Of a stretch of DNA of 64,000 nt, positions 10,587 to 20,835 are shown one piece after another. The notes under the pieces were generated by a model. That model was not told where the DNA came from. It saw only the letters and a program-made list of their open reading frames with translations, and did no database searches. Each line of letters begins with the position of its first letter. Within the stretch, counting starts at the first letter, position 1. Location of the stretch: IMG/VR virus record IMGVR_UViG_3300010429_001264. One strand, written 5' to 3'. The stretch comes from a virus (taxonomy: Duplodnaviria > Caudoviricetes). The position numbers were made by a program, and so were the translations under genes.

Positions 10587-11645
10587 TTAAAAATCATCAA
10601 ATATATCATCTTCATTATCTTCTTTTTCTAACAAATAATTTTTCTCTTCAACAGTTTCATTTTTCTTCAACTTGAAATCGAATATTGAATTTAAAACTCC
10701 CAATCTTTTATTTATAGGTGGCAGTTCCAACGCTTTTAGAAAACTATTACAGAGTTTTAGAATTGTTTTATCAAATTGAGCATCATAATCAAAGACAACT
10801 CCTTCTTTTTGTGTTATCTCTGTTGGGTGCATACCACGAAGATATCCAAAAACATTATTTTTATCGTGTCGACAATAATAGTATTTTATTTTGCCGTTCT
10901 TAATCATATCATATTTTGTTTTATATTCGGAGTTTTTATTCAATAAATAATTATATAAACCAGCGGCTTTTATGCTGAAATGAGCTCCAAGAACGGCTTC
11001 AACATCAGTGGTGTCATTCACTATTTTATTTGAATAATCCGTGCAACTTGTCTGACTAGATATATTATCTATGTCTTCCAATTCGAATTCTTTTCTTATA
11101 TTTTTTACAATCTTTAAAATGTCCTTTATATTCAAATCGTCTGGATTGGCAAAAAGATATTTTATAAAATCCCATATACCACCATTTTGATCAACTCCTC
11201 GAACAAAAGGTGGTGTTTCACTACGAACTATCTTAATGCCTGTTGCCGAGAAATTACTTAATGAATTATGGAATATACCATCATCGAATCGTATATTTTT
11301 TAGATAATTCTTTTTCTCAAAAAATAATACAGATTCACTGATTGTCTCGAGCTCAAAATCTTGTTTATTAGCGACGCCATATCTCTTAGCATATTCAAGT
11401 AAAAATCCAGAATATAATTTTTTCATTATAACTTTATCAAAATGTAAAATAAATTGTAATTCATCGCCTTGATAATGAACTGATTGCATTATTGGAGAAT
11501 AAGATAAATAACTCGAGTTATGAACAAGAATATCGTTGGCTATAAATGAGTGCGAATCGTCATCTATCTCTATATCATAGACATATTCATCATCAAACTC
11601 ACCAATTTCTTCGCACGATTCTATTTCATCTAAATAATAATTCAT
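10587..11645 (-). CDS. Split-intein C-fragment (43 aa) fused to PolB palm/thumb
   Basis: VYDIEI...HSFIANDILVHN|S junction at 11517; then KKNY and GIKIVRSETP. Confidence 0.92.
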   Translation of the reverse strand: MNYYLDEIESCEEIGEFDDEYVYDIEIDDDSHSFIANDILVHNSSYLSYSPIMQSVHYQGDELQFILHFDKVIMKKLYSGFLLEYAKRYGVANKQDFELETISESVLFFEKKNYLKNIRFDDGIFHNSLSNFSATGIKIVRSETPPFVRGVDQNGGIWDFIKYLFANPDDLNIKDILKIVKNIRKEFELEDIDNISSQTSCTDYSNKIVNDTTDVEAVLGAHFSIKAAGLYNYLLNKNSEYKTKYDMIKNGKIKYYYCRHDKNNVFGYLRGMHPTEITQKEGVVFDYDAQFDKTILKLCNSFLKALELPPINKRLGVLNSIFDFKLKKNETVEEKNYLLEKEDNEDDIFDDF

Positions 11646-12009
11646 CTAATATTTCTTCAATCTTATTGCTATCTTTATATGATATTTCTATATAAATTAT
11701 ATCGTTTTTTTCGCAAAATGTTTTTTTAATCTCATCATTTCTTTGTATGTACGAAAGAGTTTCTGCCCCACCAAACCAATCGATTGGTTCATAATGTTGT
11801 TTCCCATTATATTCTATTACCATGTTTTTACTCGGTATGAAGAAATCGAATGGTAAACAGTTGATATTTTTACAATTGTCAAATTTTTGTTGTCTATAAA
11901 ATTCCACATTACGACTTAATAAAATTTCACTTATCTTATTTTCAATTATACTTTTTTTACAAGATGGGCACCCTTGTCCCAAAAGATGGAAATTTGGGAT
12001 CTGATTCAA
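11626..12009 (-). CDS. Vsr-like/PD-(D/E)XK homing endonuclease, N-terminally truncated, between intein halves
   Basis: GQGCPSC, LPFDFFIP..NMVIEYNGKQHY motifs; location inside the fractured pol gene. Confidence 0.8.
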   Translation of the reverse strand: MNQIPNFHLLGQGCPSCKKSIIENKISEILLSRNVEFYRQQKFDNCKNINCLPFDFFIPSKNMVIEYNGKQHYEPIDWFGGAETLSYIQRNDEIKKTFCEKNDIIYIEISYKDSNKIEEILDELLFR

Positions 12010-12022
12010 TCATATAAACATT

Positions 12023-13123
12023 TCATTCTTTTATTATTAATATCTTGTCCGTTTTTAAAACATCTCGCGGTTTTACTTCTATTTTTTTATTATCTCTAAA
12101 AACAATGAGTGAATGATCATTAGTTATTATGATTTCTTTACCAGATTTGGTTTTTAATTTCCATTTAGATTTTGATACCTTATGTCTTATTATTCTTTTA
12201 ACTGGTGCATAATATAGATTGTTCTCATTCCAGTTTAATACTTTTTCTTCACATTTAACAGATTCATGTCCAGTTGGTGTTTCTCCGGCCGATCCACAAG
12301 ATATGCATTTTTCATATAGTTTCTCTATAGTTATATTACCAATATTTGTCGATATCAATGATGAAGAATCTATACTATCCGTGTCCGAGTACATGCTTAT
12401 AGGATTTTTACCTTTATAAAATGAAACATCATTTTCTTTATCATATTCCCAATATGGATTTTCATCCAGTTTATCTACTTCATCTATTGGATCAAAAAGA
12501 TTATATTCATAAAGAATTTCATAGTTCTCATTCTTGATATTATCAATTTTTTTCAAACGGCTCAATGGCATATTAATAGACAACAATATATCACCTGGTT
12601 CGTTGTTATTTAAAAAAGAATATGTGCCCCCAATCTTTCTAAAATCTCTATCCAAGAAAGTATATTTACCATTTTTATCTTTTGCGATATACTCTAATCC
12701 TAATAATCTATGAGCATCTTTATCATCATGCCATTTATTATAAAAATAATCTTCTGTTTGAATAACCATATATCTTATGAGATCTCTCCCCATTATTGTA
12801 ATAGCATTGGCTATTCTTGAATTTGATAAAACAAAATATTTGTTAGCGAATGCGCCGTATGTCGCATTCAACACAGTTTTGAGGGCCAACTGCATAGCTT
12901 TATGATAAGACATGTCAGCTGACTTATCATTGATCTTCTTTTTTAGTTCTAGAATCTTATTTAGCTTTTCAATTTTGTTTTTAGCATATTCTGATTCTGG
13001 CTTTATATCAATAGCGTTTTTATAGAGAGAGAAAGCTTCATCATAATCTTTTGATTTAGCTTTTTCATCAGCTTTTTTTATTATTTCGTTATATGTTCTG
13101 TTTGTGAGAGCAATATCTGACAT
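12023..13123 (-). CDS. PolB middle fragment (motif B, YSDTD) fused to split-intein N-fragment (117 aa)
   Basis: QLALKTVLNATYG; YSDTD|SIDSSS junction at 12376; intein block B ITNDHSL. Confidence 0.92.
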   Translation of the reverse strand: MSDIALTNRTYNEIIKKADEKAKSKDYDEAFSLYKNAIDIKPESEYAKNKIEKLNKILELKKKINDKSADMSYHKAMQLALKTVLNATYGAFANKYFVLSNSRIANAITIMGRDLIRYMVIQTEDYFYNKWHDDKDAHRLLGLEYIAKDKNGKYTFLDRDFRKIGGTYSFLNNNEPGDILLSINMPLSRLKKIDNIKNENYEILYEYNLFDPIDEVDKLDENPYWEYDKENDVSFYKGKNPISMYSDTDSIDSSSLISTNIGNITIEKLYEKCISCGSAGETPTGHESVKCEEKVLNWNENNLYYAPVKRIIRHKVSKSKWKLKTKSGKEIIITNDHSLIVFRDNKKIEVKPRDVLKTDKILIIKE

Positions 13124-13159
13124 TTGAAATTTATTCTTTTTATTTAATATAAAAGAATT

Positions 13160-14677
13160 TCAGTGAGATGTTTTAAAAATATATTTTAATTGTCCAGAGT
13201 CATATATTCTATAAATCTTACGTTCTAACATTATTTCGTGTTCAGTTTTACTTTGGTCGAATCCTTCTTTAACCAGTTTATCTTTTCTAAAATTAAATCT
13301 GTGATTTCTCACTCCATTTATAACATAATAATAATTTGGTCTAGTCTTACTATGAAGTTCGAATCCAAGTTTTTCATATAAGTTTCCTTGACTCCAACTT
13401 CTATCAGCATAACTTATAACTTCTATCGGACTAAATTTTTTTATGAAATATTTAAATAATTTACTGGCTCCACCTACTACATTGATGTTCAATTTATTAC
13501 AAAATCTCAACATCTCATAAGACCCTTCTTCACTTTTTTGCCCCATCGATCTTCTCAAGTTGCCGAAAGTCATTAGAGAAACAAGATCTTCTTTATAGAA
13601 AAGGCCAATTTTGATTTTAGAAGAAACATTTCCTTGTAAATGATTATTTTCCAAAAAACTTCTAATCATTTTATTATCATATATCTCTCTTATGTCGCAC
13701 TGGCGGGCATAAACTTTATTAGACCTTCCTAATAAATTTAATATTCTAGATTTAACAATGTCTCTTTTATAAAACCAATCATCTTGATATATATGTATTA
13801 ATTTAATCCCTTCATTTTCAGCCAATTTCGTCTTTTCCTGGTGATAATTATTAGATTTATAGATTTCATTATGCCAATATACCCCATTAAATTCGAATCC
13901 CAATTTTAGATCTGGTAGATAAATGTCTATTTCTTTTCCTGTTTTTTTGTCATTCGATAATATGGTTTTATCATAATTCTTTTTTATAAACTCCTTCAAT
14001 AGAATTTCTTGGCCGCTTTGAGTATGAGAACCAACCGGATTACATATGGTACATAAAACTGTTTCATTATTATTCTTTGTTCTATTTTTCAAAATTTCAG
14101 AATCAATTTTAAATTGGTGACCATTTTCACACATCATAATATAATTATAATCTTCATCTATATCCAAGACCCCCCTATTTTTTAGTTTTTCTAATAAATT
14201 TTTTTTATAAACATTATCTCTTTTTTCTCTGTATTTGTCGCCGAAATTGTTTATGGATAAATAAGATTCCACTCCATATTTTTCCAACATCGTCTCTTTA
14301 TGCTTCTCCATGTTATTATAATTTTCATTTCCATACTTTTCTCTTTTAATTCTTTTCACTTCATCGACATATCCACTCAATTTTGCGTAATTATCCACTC
14401 CAAATTTTTCAAGGCTCGTCAATTTCTTCTTTTTATCGCTACATTTTTTACAAGTAAAAAAACCATAATGAGAAATATTTTGATAATATTTAGCATACAT
14501 CAATGAATATTCTTTTTTACAAATATCACAGACGACATCTATTCTAATATGGGAATTATTTGATAGATCTGATGTTTTAATGTTCAGAGTATCGCCTGAC
14601 ACAACATATCCCAAATTTTGAAAATATGATTTATTTCTATTAGAAATATTAATTTCTATTTCATTGTTTTTTATCAT
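13160..14677 (-). CDS. Putative homing endonuclease (Zn-ribbon, PD-(D/E)XK-like, GNAT-like C-terminus)
   Basis: EIDIYLPDLKLGFEFNGVYWH, GGASKLFKYF, SYADRSWSQG and IYDSG; paralog of 57687 and 61081. Confidence 0.75.
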   Translation of the reverse strand: MIKNNEIEINISNRNKSYFQNLGYVVSGDTLNIKTSDLSNNSHIRIDVVCDICKKEYSLMYAKYYQNISHYGFFTCKKCSDKKKKLTSLEKFGVDNYAKLSGYVDEVKRIKREKYGNENYNNMEKHKETMLEKYGVESYLSINNFGDKYREKRDNVYKKNLLEKLKNRGVLDIDEDYNYIMMCENGHQFKIDSEILKNRTKNNNETVLCTICNPVGSHTQSGQEILLKEFIKKNYDKTILSNDKKTGKEIDIYLPDLKLGFEFNGVYWHNEIYKSNNYHQEKTKLAENEGIKLIHIYQDDWFYKRDIVKSRILNLLGRSNKVYARQCDIREIYDNKMIRSFLENNHLQGNVSSKIKIGLFYKEDLVSLMTFGNLRRSMGQKSEEGSYEMLRFCNKLNINVVGGASKLFKYFIKKFSPIEVISYADRSWSQGNLYEKLGFELHSKTRPNYYYVINGVRNHRFNFRKDKLVKEGFDQSKTEHEIMLERKIYRIYDSGQLKYIFKTSH

Positions 14678-14760
14678 GACAGGTATATATTAAATTTAAA
14701 TGCCCCAAATATGGCATTTTATAGATTAAATCAATGGATATTCATTTTTACACAAATGAC

Positions 14761-15156
14761 TTATGTCCAAGAACTTAGCCTTGTTGGGGGAGGAGACGGA
14801 AATGAACGACCAGATGAACTAGAATGACCAGATGAACTGGAATGACCGGAAGTAGTGGAATAAATATAACCACCTGAAGTGCCAGCAAATCTTTTTAAAT
14901 ATTCATTTTCATTTTTTTCAACTACAACATCATCGTCCTCGAATATATAAACATTCACAAATGGATTATTTTGAGATTCTATTATCGTATCCCACGCTTT
15001 ATCTCTAGCTTCAACACTTCTAAACATAAATTGAGTATTTTTTAACCCATAAAAAAAAATAGAATACCATTTATATGTTGTTGCTATGTCATCATGTTTC
15101 CAAAATTCTTGAACATTATTAAAATTAACACATTGCCCATTATATACATATATCAT
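14761..15156 (-). CDS. Hypothetical protein with Ser/Gly-rich tail
   Basis: ORF track. Confidence 0.6.
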   Translation of the reverse strand: MIYVYNGQCVNFNNVQEFWKHDDIATTYKWYSIFFYGLKNTQFMFRSVEARDKAWDTIIESQNNPFVNVYIFEDDDVVVEKNENEYLKRFAGTSGGYIYSTTSGHSSSSGHSSSSGRSFPSPPPTRLSSWT

Positions 15157-15210
15157 ATTAAAAAATTTAAATTGTTATTATAATTATATTTAAATTATTA
15201 AATTTGGTTT

Positions 15211-15243
15211 AAAAAAAATCCAGCTAAAATGCTGGATCTTTTT
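15211..15243 (-). terminator. Intrinsic terminator (probably bidirectional)
   Basis: ATCCAGC-ATTTTA-GCTGGAT followed by T8 on the minus strand. Confidence 0.75.
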
Positions 15244-15370
15244 CGGTCCCCCTACGAGCTACCACTTATTTTCTTTCACAACTGAAAAATAAGAAATATG
15301 TTGCCTATTCCTTTAAGAATATATTAAAATTTTATAAAAGTTTTAATTTTCTTATTTTATATATAGAGTT

Positions 15371-15619
15371 ATGAATGACTTTTTTGGTGATATTAATATA
15401 AAAAGATCTACTCTGTCAGATGAAAACTCGATTCTAGAAGATTTTTCAGCTAATGTTGAAATTAGAGTAAATGGTGAAGTGATCAATAAAAATGAAAACA
15501 TAAAAAATAAAAAAACCACTCCTTTATTAATAAAAAATAATGAAGAAGTGATTTATACAAGCGATACTCCTATGGATCCAGAAGCTTTTTTTGCCAGTTC
15601 TCTAAAAGGATTCATTTAA
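15371..15619 (+). CDS. Hypothetical protein
   Basis: ORF track; ATATATA upstream. Confidence 0.6.
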   Translation: MNDFFGDINIKRSTLSDENSILEDFSANVEIRVNGEVINKNENIKNKKTTPLLIKNNEEVIYTSDTPMDPEAFFASSLKGFI

Positions 15620-16245
15620 ATTTCAACAACAACTGGATCATTGGTGAACATATAACCGAGATTTAGATTCGAAGCATTAATAAATTTCATGTTTTCTTTT
15701 TCGACCACACCATAAGCTTCGTGAATATGACCAAAGCAATGAATTTTTGGTTTTATTCTATTAAATACTTCATTATATAACGACACAGAACCAGTCAAAT
15801 AACCTTTTTTATTTTTATCTAGAATACCAAAAGGAGTACTGTGAGTTATTAAAATATCCGTATCATCTGGAATTTTTTTCCAATGTTCAACTAGTTCATT
15901 TTCAACTCTATTAAAAGCCCAATTGAAAAAGACGGGCTGATATGGAGTACCCCAAAATTTTATACCATCTATTTCAATGCCAGCTTCTTCCAAATAAATC
16001 ACATTATCTGGTATAAGTTCTCGTGCTTCATCTGGATACCTTTCAAAGAAAAAATCGTGATTACCAGCTATAAAAATTTTATGCTTGTAATTTAGCTTCG
16101 AAAACCAATTTAAAAAATCTATGGTATCATTTTTTTCGCCAACATTTGTTATATCACCAGCCGAAACAATAACATCAGCTTCAAATAATGACATATTCAT
16201 TTCGTGATGTTTTCCATGTGTATCAGAAATAAAACAAATTTTCAT
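15616..16245 (-). CDS. Metallophosphoesterase (MPPED-like)
   Basis: SDTHG, AGDIT, AGNHD, THS and FGHIHE motifs. Confidence 0.93.
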   Translation of the reverse strand: MKICFISDTHGKHHEMNMSLFEADVIVSAGDITNVGEKNDTIDFLNWFSKLNYKHKIFIAGNHDFFFERYPDEARELIPDNVIYLEEAGIEIDGIKFWGTPYQPVFFNWAFNRVENELVEHWKKIPDDTDILITHSTPFGILDKNKKGYLTGSVSLYNEVFNRIKPKIHCFGHIHEAYGVVEKENMKFINASNLNLGYMFTNDPVVVEI

Positions 16246-16247
16246 AA

Positions 16248-16865
16248 CTACTTTCCTCTCTTTCTAATATCTATTTTTTCTTTTTTTAACATTATTCCTT
16301 TAACTTCATTATAGGATATTGGTGTATAATCTATTCCACTACAACCAACATCCATAACCCTTTGCTTGTAATACCAAATGAAATTTGGATCTTTTGTCAA
16401 TGATTGGTGTGAATGTGCGTGTAAATGCCAGGATCCATATCTCGCTCTATCCCAACTTAATATAGGATAATGAGAGAGAATGATCTGCTGATAACCAGCT
16501 GACATTTTAGCTTCTTCATTGTCTTCATCCTTTATCCATATTTCGGTCCCATATTCATATATATCTTCAAAGCGGTCGTACCTCTTTATTTTGTTTATTT
16601 TTTCATCGTGATTACCCATTATATGATAAATCTTTCCATTTAAAGAAAATAAAAACCACTTTATACTTTCACTCCTTCCGCCCATTGATAAATCGCCAAG
16701 GTTATAAACAATGTCATTTTCTCCGACAACAGAGTTCCATCTAGCGATAAGTTGAGCTATCATATCGTCCATGCTAGAAAAAGGTCTATCATCATACTTT
16801 ATAATATTCTTATGGAAGACGTGCAAATCCCCAATAAAAAATATATTTTGCTTTTCATACTTCAT
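16248..16865 (-). CDS. Calcineurin-like phosphoesterase
   Basis: GDLH, LGD, GNHD, SHYP and HAHSH motifs. Confidence 0.9.
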   Translation of the reverse strand: MKYEKQNIFFIGDLHVFHKNIIKYDDRPFSSMDDMIAQLIARWNSVVGENDIVYNLGDLSMGGRSESIKWFLFSLNGKIYHIMGNHDEKINKIKRYDRFEDIYEYGTEIWIKDEDNEEAKMSAGYQQIILSHYPILSWDRARYGSWHLHAHSHQSLTKDPNFIWYYKQRVMDVGCSGIDYTPISYNEVKGIMLKKEKIDIRKRGK

Positions 16866-16949
16866 AGAGCAAAATTAATAAAAAAAAGATAAATAAAAAA
16901 ATAACAAGTTTGAAATAAATTTATACGCTTTTAGTTCCAATATTCATTT

Positions 16950-17330
16950 TTATTTAATTATTTGAAGTTGTGGATTTGTTCTATCCATTTTAAATTTTGG
17001 TTTTATAGGATAGAGTTCGACTCTTTTTAATTTACTAATTATTTTTATGTTTTTCACAACAGGCTCGCCATAATTTCCAAGGTCAACTTGCTCTGCCTCA
17101 ATCAAATAACAAGATATCTTATTATATTTGAATTCGTCCAGGAACAGTTGCAAATCATTCACAACGCCAAGATCTATGGATGGTAATATGATATTGTAAT
17201 TATCTCCATCCTTTATAAATTTATAACAACTTACACCGACTTCATCTTTTATTTTGCCGAGGTCTCCGTCATAAATTCCACTTATCTCGTTTTCTGGTAT
17301 ATCTTTAAATCGAATGAATTGATCTCTCAT
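16950..17330 (-). CDS. Hypothetical protein
   Basis: ORF track. Confidence 0.65.
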   Translation of the reverse strand: MRDQFIRFKDIPENEISGIYDGDLGKIKDEVGVSCYKFIKDGDNYNIILPSIDLGVVNDLQLFLDEFKYNKISCYLIEAEQVDLGNYGEPVVKNIKIISKLKRVELYPIKPKFKMDRTNPQLQIIK

Positions 17331-17334
17331 TTTA

Positions 17335-18741
17335 TCATTTTTCCATTATATCATTTTCTATCACAAGATATTGTGGATGAAAATCAAAAGCAATGGTTTC
17401 TTCTTTGTGATCACCGTCACGGAGTTTTAGAATTTTTAGTCTATATTTATTATGTCTCTTCATGTCCGTATTTCGTATAATAGCCCAAACACTGTCAGCG
17501 GTTTCAGCGACAGCTTTACTCTCGGGTATATCTTGAAGTTTAATGTCATTAGCCCCCCACACAGCTCTATCTACTTGAGTGGCTGTTATAAGAGCCAAAT
17601 CGTATTTGTCTGCTAAGTATCTAAGTCCTTCTGCCAGATGTTTTCCTTTCAAATATAAATTGTTTCCAATATCTTTATTGACTTTATCCACACTCATTAG
17701 ATTTATATAGTCTAAAACCACAACATCAATATCAATATTTTTTACTTCTTCTAATTTTGTAAGATAATTATCTATATCGGCTATCGTGCAACTGCCTGTA
17801 TTAAACTTCTTTACGAATATTTTACCAGGTTTTTCAGTATTAAATAATCCATTTCCAGTGGATTTTAAAGCGTTTATTTTATTTTTTATAAAGATGGTGT
17901 CTTTACTTAGCTCTGCATATTGATCAACGTCTATGCGAAGTCTCATTGCCCCAAGTCTCTTTATTACTTTTCTCCACCCCATTTCAACGGTTATTACAAC
18001 GACATTTTTGCCTTCGTTTGCCGAGTTGCAAGCTATGTTGTATAACCACATTGAATTATGACTCAATATGCCATCTGTAAAGTAGCGATGATTTTCATCC
18101 CCTAGCTGGAGATCAAACATATTAGATTTTTTATCTGTTTTTAAAACCTCAACTACAATTTCCTTGCCATTCACAGTTTCTATTTCATCTCCTTTTTTTA
18201 AATCTTTAACAAAAGTTTCTACCATATCATCATTTACATATTTGAAAACGATATGATTGTCTGCGCATATTAACTCGTGATCTGGTTTTAAAGAATCTGA
18301 ATTTTTAGAGCTAAAATCATCATATAACATCCCATATGAATTAACTATATTTGATGTTCTCAATATCCACTCATCATATTCTATGGTTTTTCCAATCGCT
18401 TCAATATCAGACCATCCAGTGTCAGTCATCACTTGCCAATCGTCTACTTTTATTGTGTCAATGAATTTTTCTTCTTTTATTTCTGTTTTTATAAGTTCGA
18501 TATTTAGAGCCGCTTCTATTTTGGCTATATCCCGAATGGTTATATTTGATATACCATATAATAGATTATTTACTTTCTCTTCTTTCATATTTATCGCTTT
18601 GGATAAATCAAAAGTTGTCCAATTTTTTCTTTTCATAGTTTTTTCTATGTTGTCTATTATGTCTCCCAGTTTTCTTACGAAAATCTCACTATCTTTTGGT
18701 ATATTATCAAAAGCATTTTTAATTAATTCATTTTCATCCAT
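17335..18741 (-). CDS. XRE-type HTH + long split-intein C-fragment + C-terminal half of gp41/DnaB helicase
   Basis: HTH-like at about aa 27-85; intein ICADNH...FDLQL...YFTDGILSHN|S (junction 18055); helicase TVEM, VVLDYINLM, TATQVDR and LKLRDG. Walker A is absent. Confidence 0.88.
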   Translation of the reverse strand: MDENELIKNAFDNIPKDSEIFVRKLGDIIDNIEKTMKRKNWTTFDLSKAINMKEEKVNNLLYGISNITIRDIAKIEAALNIELIKTEIKEEKFIDTIKVDDWQVMTDTGWSDIEAIGKTIEYDEWILRTSNIVNSYGMLYDDFSSKNSDSLKPDHELICADNHIVFKYVNDDMVETFVKDLKKGDEIETVNGKEIVVEVLKTDKKSNMFDLQLGDENHRYFTDGILSHNSMWLYNIACNSANEGKNVVVITVEMGWRKVIKRLGAMRLRIDVDQYAELSKDTIFIKNKINALKSTGNGLFNTEKPGKIFVKKFNTGSCTIADIDNYLTKLEEVKNIDIDVVVLDYINLMSVDKVNKDIGNNLYLKGKHLAEGLRYLADKYDLALITATQVDRAVWGANDIKLQDIPESKAVAETADSVWAIIRNTDMKRHNKYRLKILKLRDGDHKEETIAFDFHPQYLVIENDIMEK

Positions 18742-18939
18742 TTATGAGTTTATTCTTTTTAGATCTTATATGAAAATATCTAATTAAAGTTTTTTATATC
18801 ATTAGTAATTTTAATCAAATATTTTTTCTATCTAATATCTTTATTTTTTCTTTATTTTGGACCAAGTCCTTTTAATATATAATTATACCAAAACACCAAA
18901 AACCCAAAATACCAAAAAAAAAAAATAATCAACAAAACA

Positions 18940-19884
18940 ATGAAAACAGGCACAAAAACACCATTTGTTTCAGGTGAGAATGATTTATCTGAAATAGGAT
19001 CCAAAGAAATGGATAATATTGTTTTATTATCCCCAGAAAAAATAACTGATAATCAAGGGAAATCTGGTATACAAAGAGCATATAATGTCGCAATAGAAGA
19101 CGAACAATTAAGAATATTTACTCTAGAATCAGAAATTCTTCTTCTGTCAAAAAAATCAACTTACAAATTAGCTCATTGGCTGAATGACAATATATTGAAA
19201 AAATATAAAACCATTCAATATCAAGATAGATCATATGATGAGAAAAGAAAAGTATTAAGAGATCTTTCTATCAAAGACGAAATAAAACAATGCCTTGATA
19301 TTATAACCGATAAAGTATATGATAAAATAACAGAATATTATGATATGGATAAAAATTCAACAATCAATAAATTGGATTTATATCATTTTATAAAAAATTT
19401 TCTTGTCGACGGATATTTATCTTTTGAAATTATATATGATGAAAATAACACTATTATAGATTTATCAATAGTGGATCCTATCACACTGATGTTAAAACAA
19501 GAAGGTGATAAAAAATTTTTTATACAATATGCTGGGAGCGAAAATGAGAGAATTATAGAAGAATCAAGAATAATATATTTGTCGTATCTGGATTCGGCAA
19601 CTTCTTATGTTGAAGAGCTCAAACCATTTTATGACAATATAAGAAAATTTGAAGCGGAATTTTTATCATCGATTATATCAAGTAGCATGATTGATAAAAA
19701 ATATTCTCACAAAAATTTAAAAATGGCTCATAAAAATTTTATAAAGGCTTCTAGAATACCAAAAAACTATTTCAAAAATGAATATGTAATAATAAATGGT
19801 TATGTTTTTGACAAATTCATAGATAGATTATTTATTATATTTAAAGAAGGTCTTTTTGATGTCATTAATTATAAACAAATTTGA
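18940..19884 (+). CDS. Short paralog of T4-like portal protein (gp20-like)
   Basis: NFLVDGYLSFEIIYD...IIDLSIVDPITL resembles the T4-like portal signature; only 314 aa. Confidence 0.55.
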   Translation: MKTGTKTPFVSGENDLSEIGSKEMDNIVLLSPEKITDNQGKSGIQRAYNVAIEDEQLRIFTLESEILLLSKKSTYKLAHWLNDNILKKYKTIQYQDRSYDEKRKVLRDLSIKDEIKQCLDIITDKVYDKITEYYDMDKNSTINKLDLYHFIKNFLVDGYLSFEIIYDENNTIIDLSIVDPITLMLKQEGDKKFFIQYAGSENERIIEESRIIYLSYLDSATSYVEELKPFYDNIRKFEAEFLSSIISSSMIDKKYSHKNLKMAHKNFIKASRIPKNYFKNEYVIINGYVFDKFIDRLFIIFKEGLFDVINYKQI

Positions 19885-19920
19885 TTTTCATAAATATAAA
19901 GAAAAAATAATAAAATTAAA

Positions 19921-20835
19921 ATGTTAGAAGATAAAAGATTTCAAAATAACGAGACAGGTGAAATTGTAAGAGTTGTATCTGAATCAGGTATGTTTTACTC
20001 ACTAAACAATGGTATGAACATTAAAAAAGATGTTTTTTTTCAAAAGTTCAGCGAGTCGGTTGACGCTAGTTCATTTTTTAGTAGTGGACCAGCTTTATCA
20101 GATATGGCGAGTAAAATAACACAAATAGACTCATCTAAAGTATCTGATGTCCCAGCTGATCCAATAGTCATTAACAGAGGTGAAGAGGGTGGTATATCTA
20201 GGGCTCCTCAACCAGACAGTAGAGAAGAACTCATAAGAAAATATAATGAATCACAAAGAAAAACACAAACAGAATATAAAGTTTATGAAAATGAAGATGA
20301 TGCTGCTGATGAATTTTTTAGAAAACAACAACAGCAACAAACTCCACAAAGACCGAGAAGAAGGCCAGAAGATGGTATGGATATAACCAATATGGATCTT
20401 GGTAAAATGTGGCCAGAAGGAGGCGAGCAATTTAATGACGCGCCTGGTGCCACAGTAAATATACCGACTGAAATATCAGGAGCCATATCACGAGAAGAAG
20501 AGTCATTCAAATTTTTTAGGTCTTTTAAAAGAGTTTATCCAATAAAACTTACAATAGATTTTGAAGAAAAAATCGCCGATCCAGAATTTATAAAAATGAT
20601 GGTTATGAACTTCGAGGGAGATATAATAAAATATTATACAAATGAGCTAATGAATAGAGTATATAATGATCCAGGATTTTTGGAAACAAAAATATATAAT
20701 AAATTGAGAGATTTGATAATGGGTGAAAGCAAACCAAAAACCGTGAGAAAGCCAAGAGCTAAAAAAGAAGCAGTAAAACCACCTCAGACTCCTCCCACTC
20801 CAAGATCTAAGAAAAATAAAGAAACCAATGGATAA
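19921..20835 (+). CDS. Hypothetical protein
   Basis: ORF track. Confidence 0.75.
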   Translation: MLEDKRFQNNETGEIVRVVSESGMFYSLNNGMNIKKDVFFQKFSESVDASSFFSSGPALSDMASKITQIDSSKVSDVPADPIVINRGEEGGISRAPQPDSREELIRKYNESQRKTQTEYKVYENEDDAADEFFRKQQQQQTPQRPRRRPEDGMDITNMDLGKMWPEGGEQFNDAPGATVNIPTEISGAISREEESFKFFRSFKRVYPIKLTIDFEEKIADPEFIKMMVMNFEGDIIKYYTNELMNRVYNDPGFLETKIYNKLRDLIMGESKPKTVRKPRAKKEAVKPPQTPPTPRSKKNKETNG

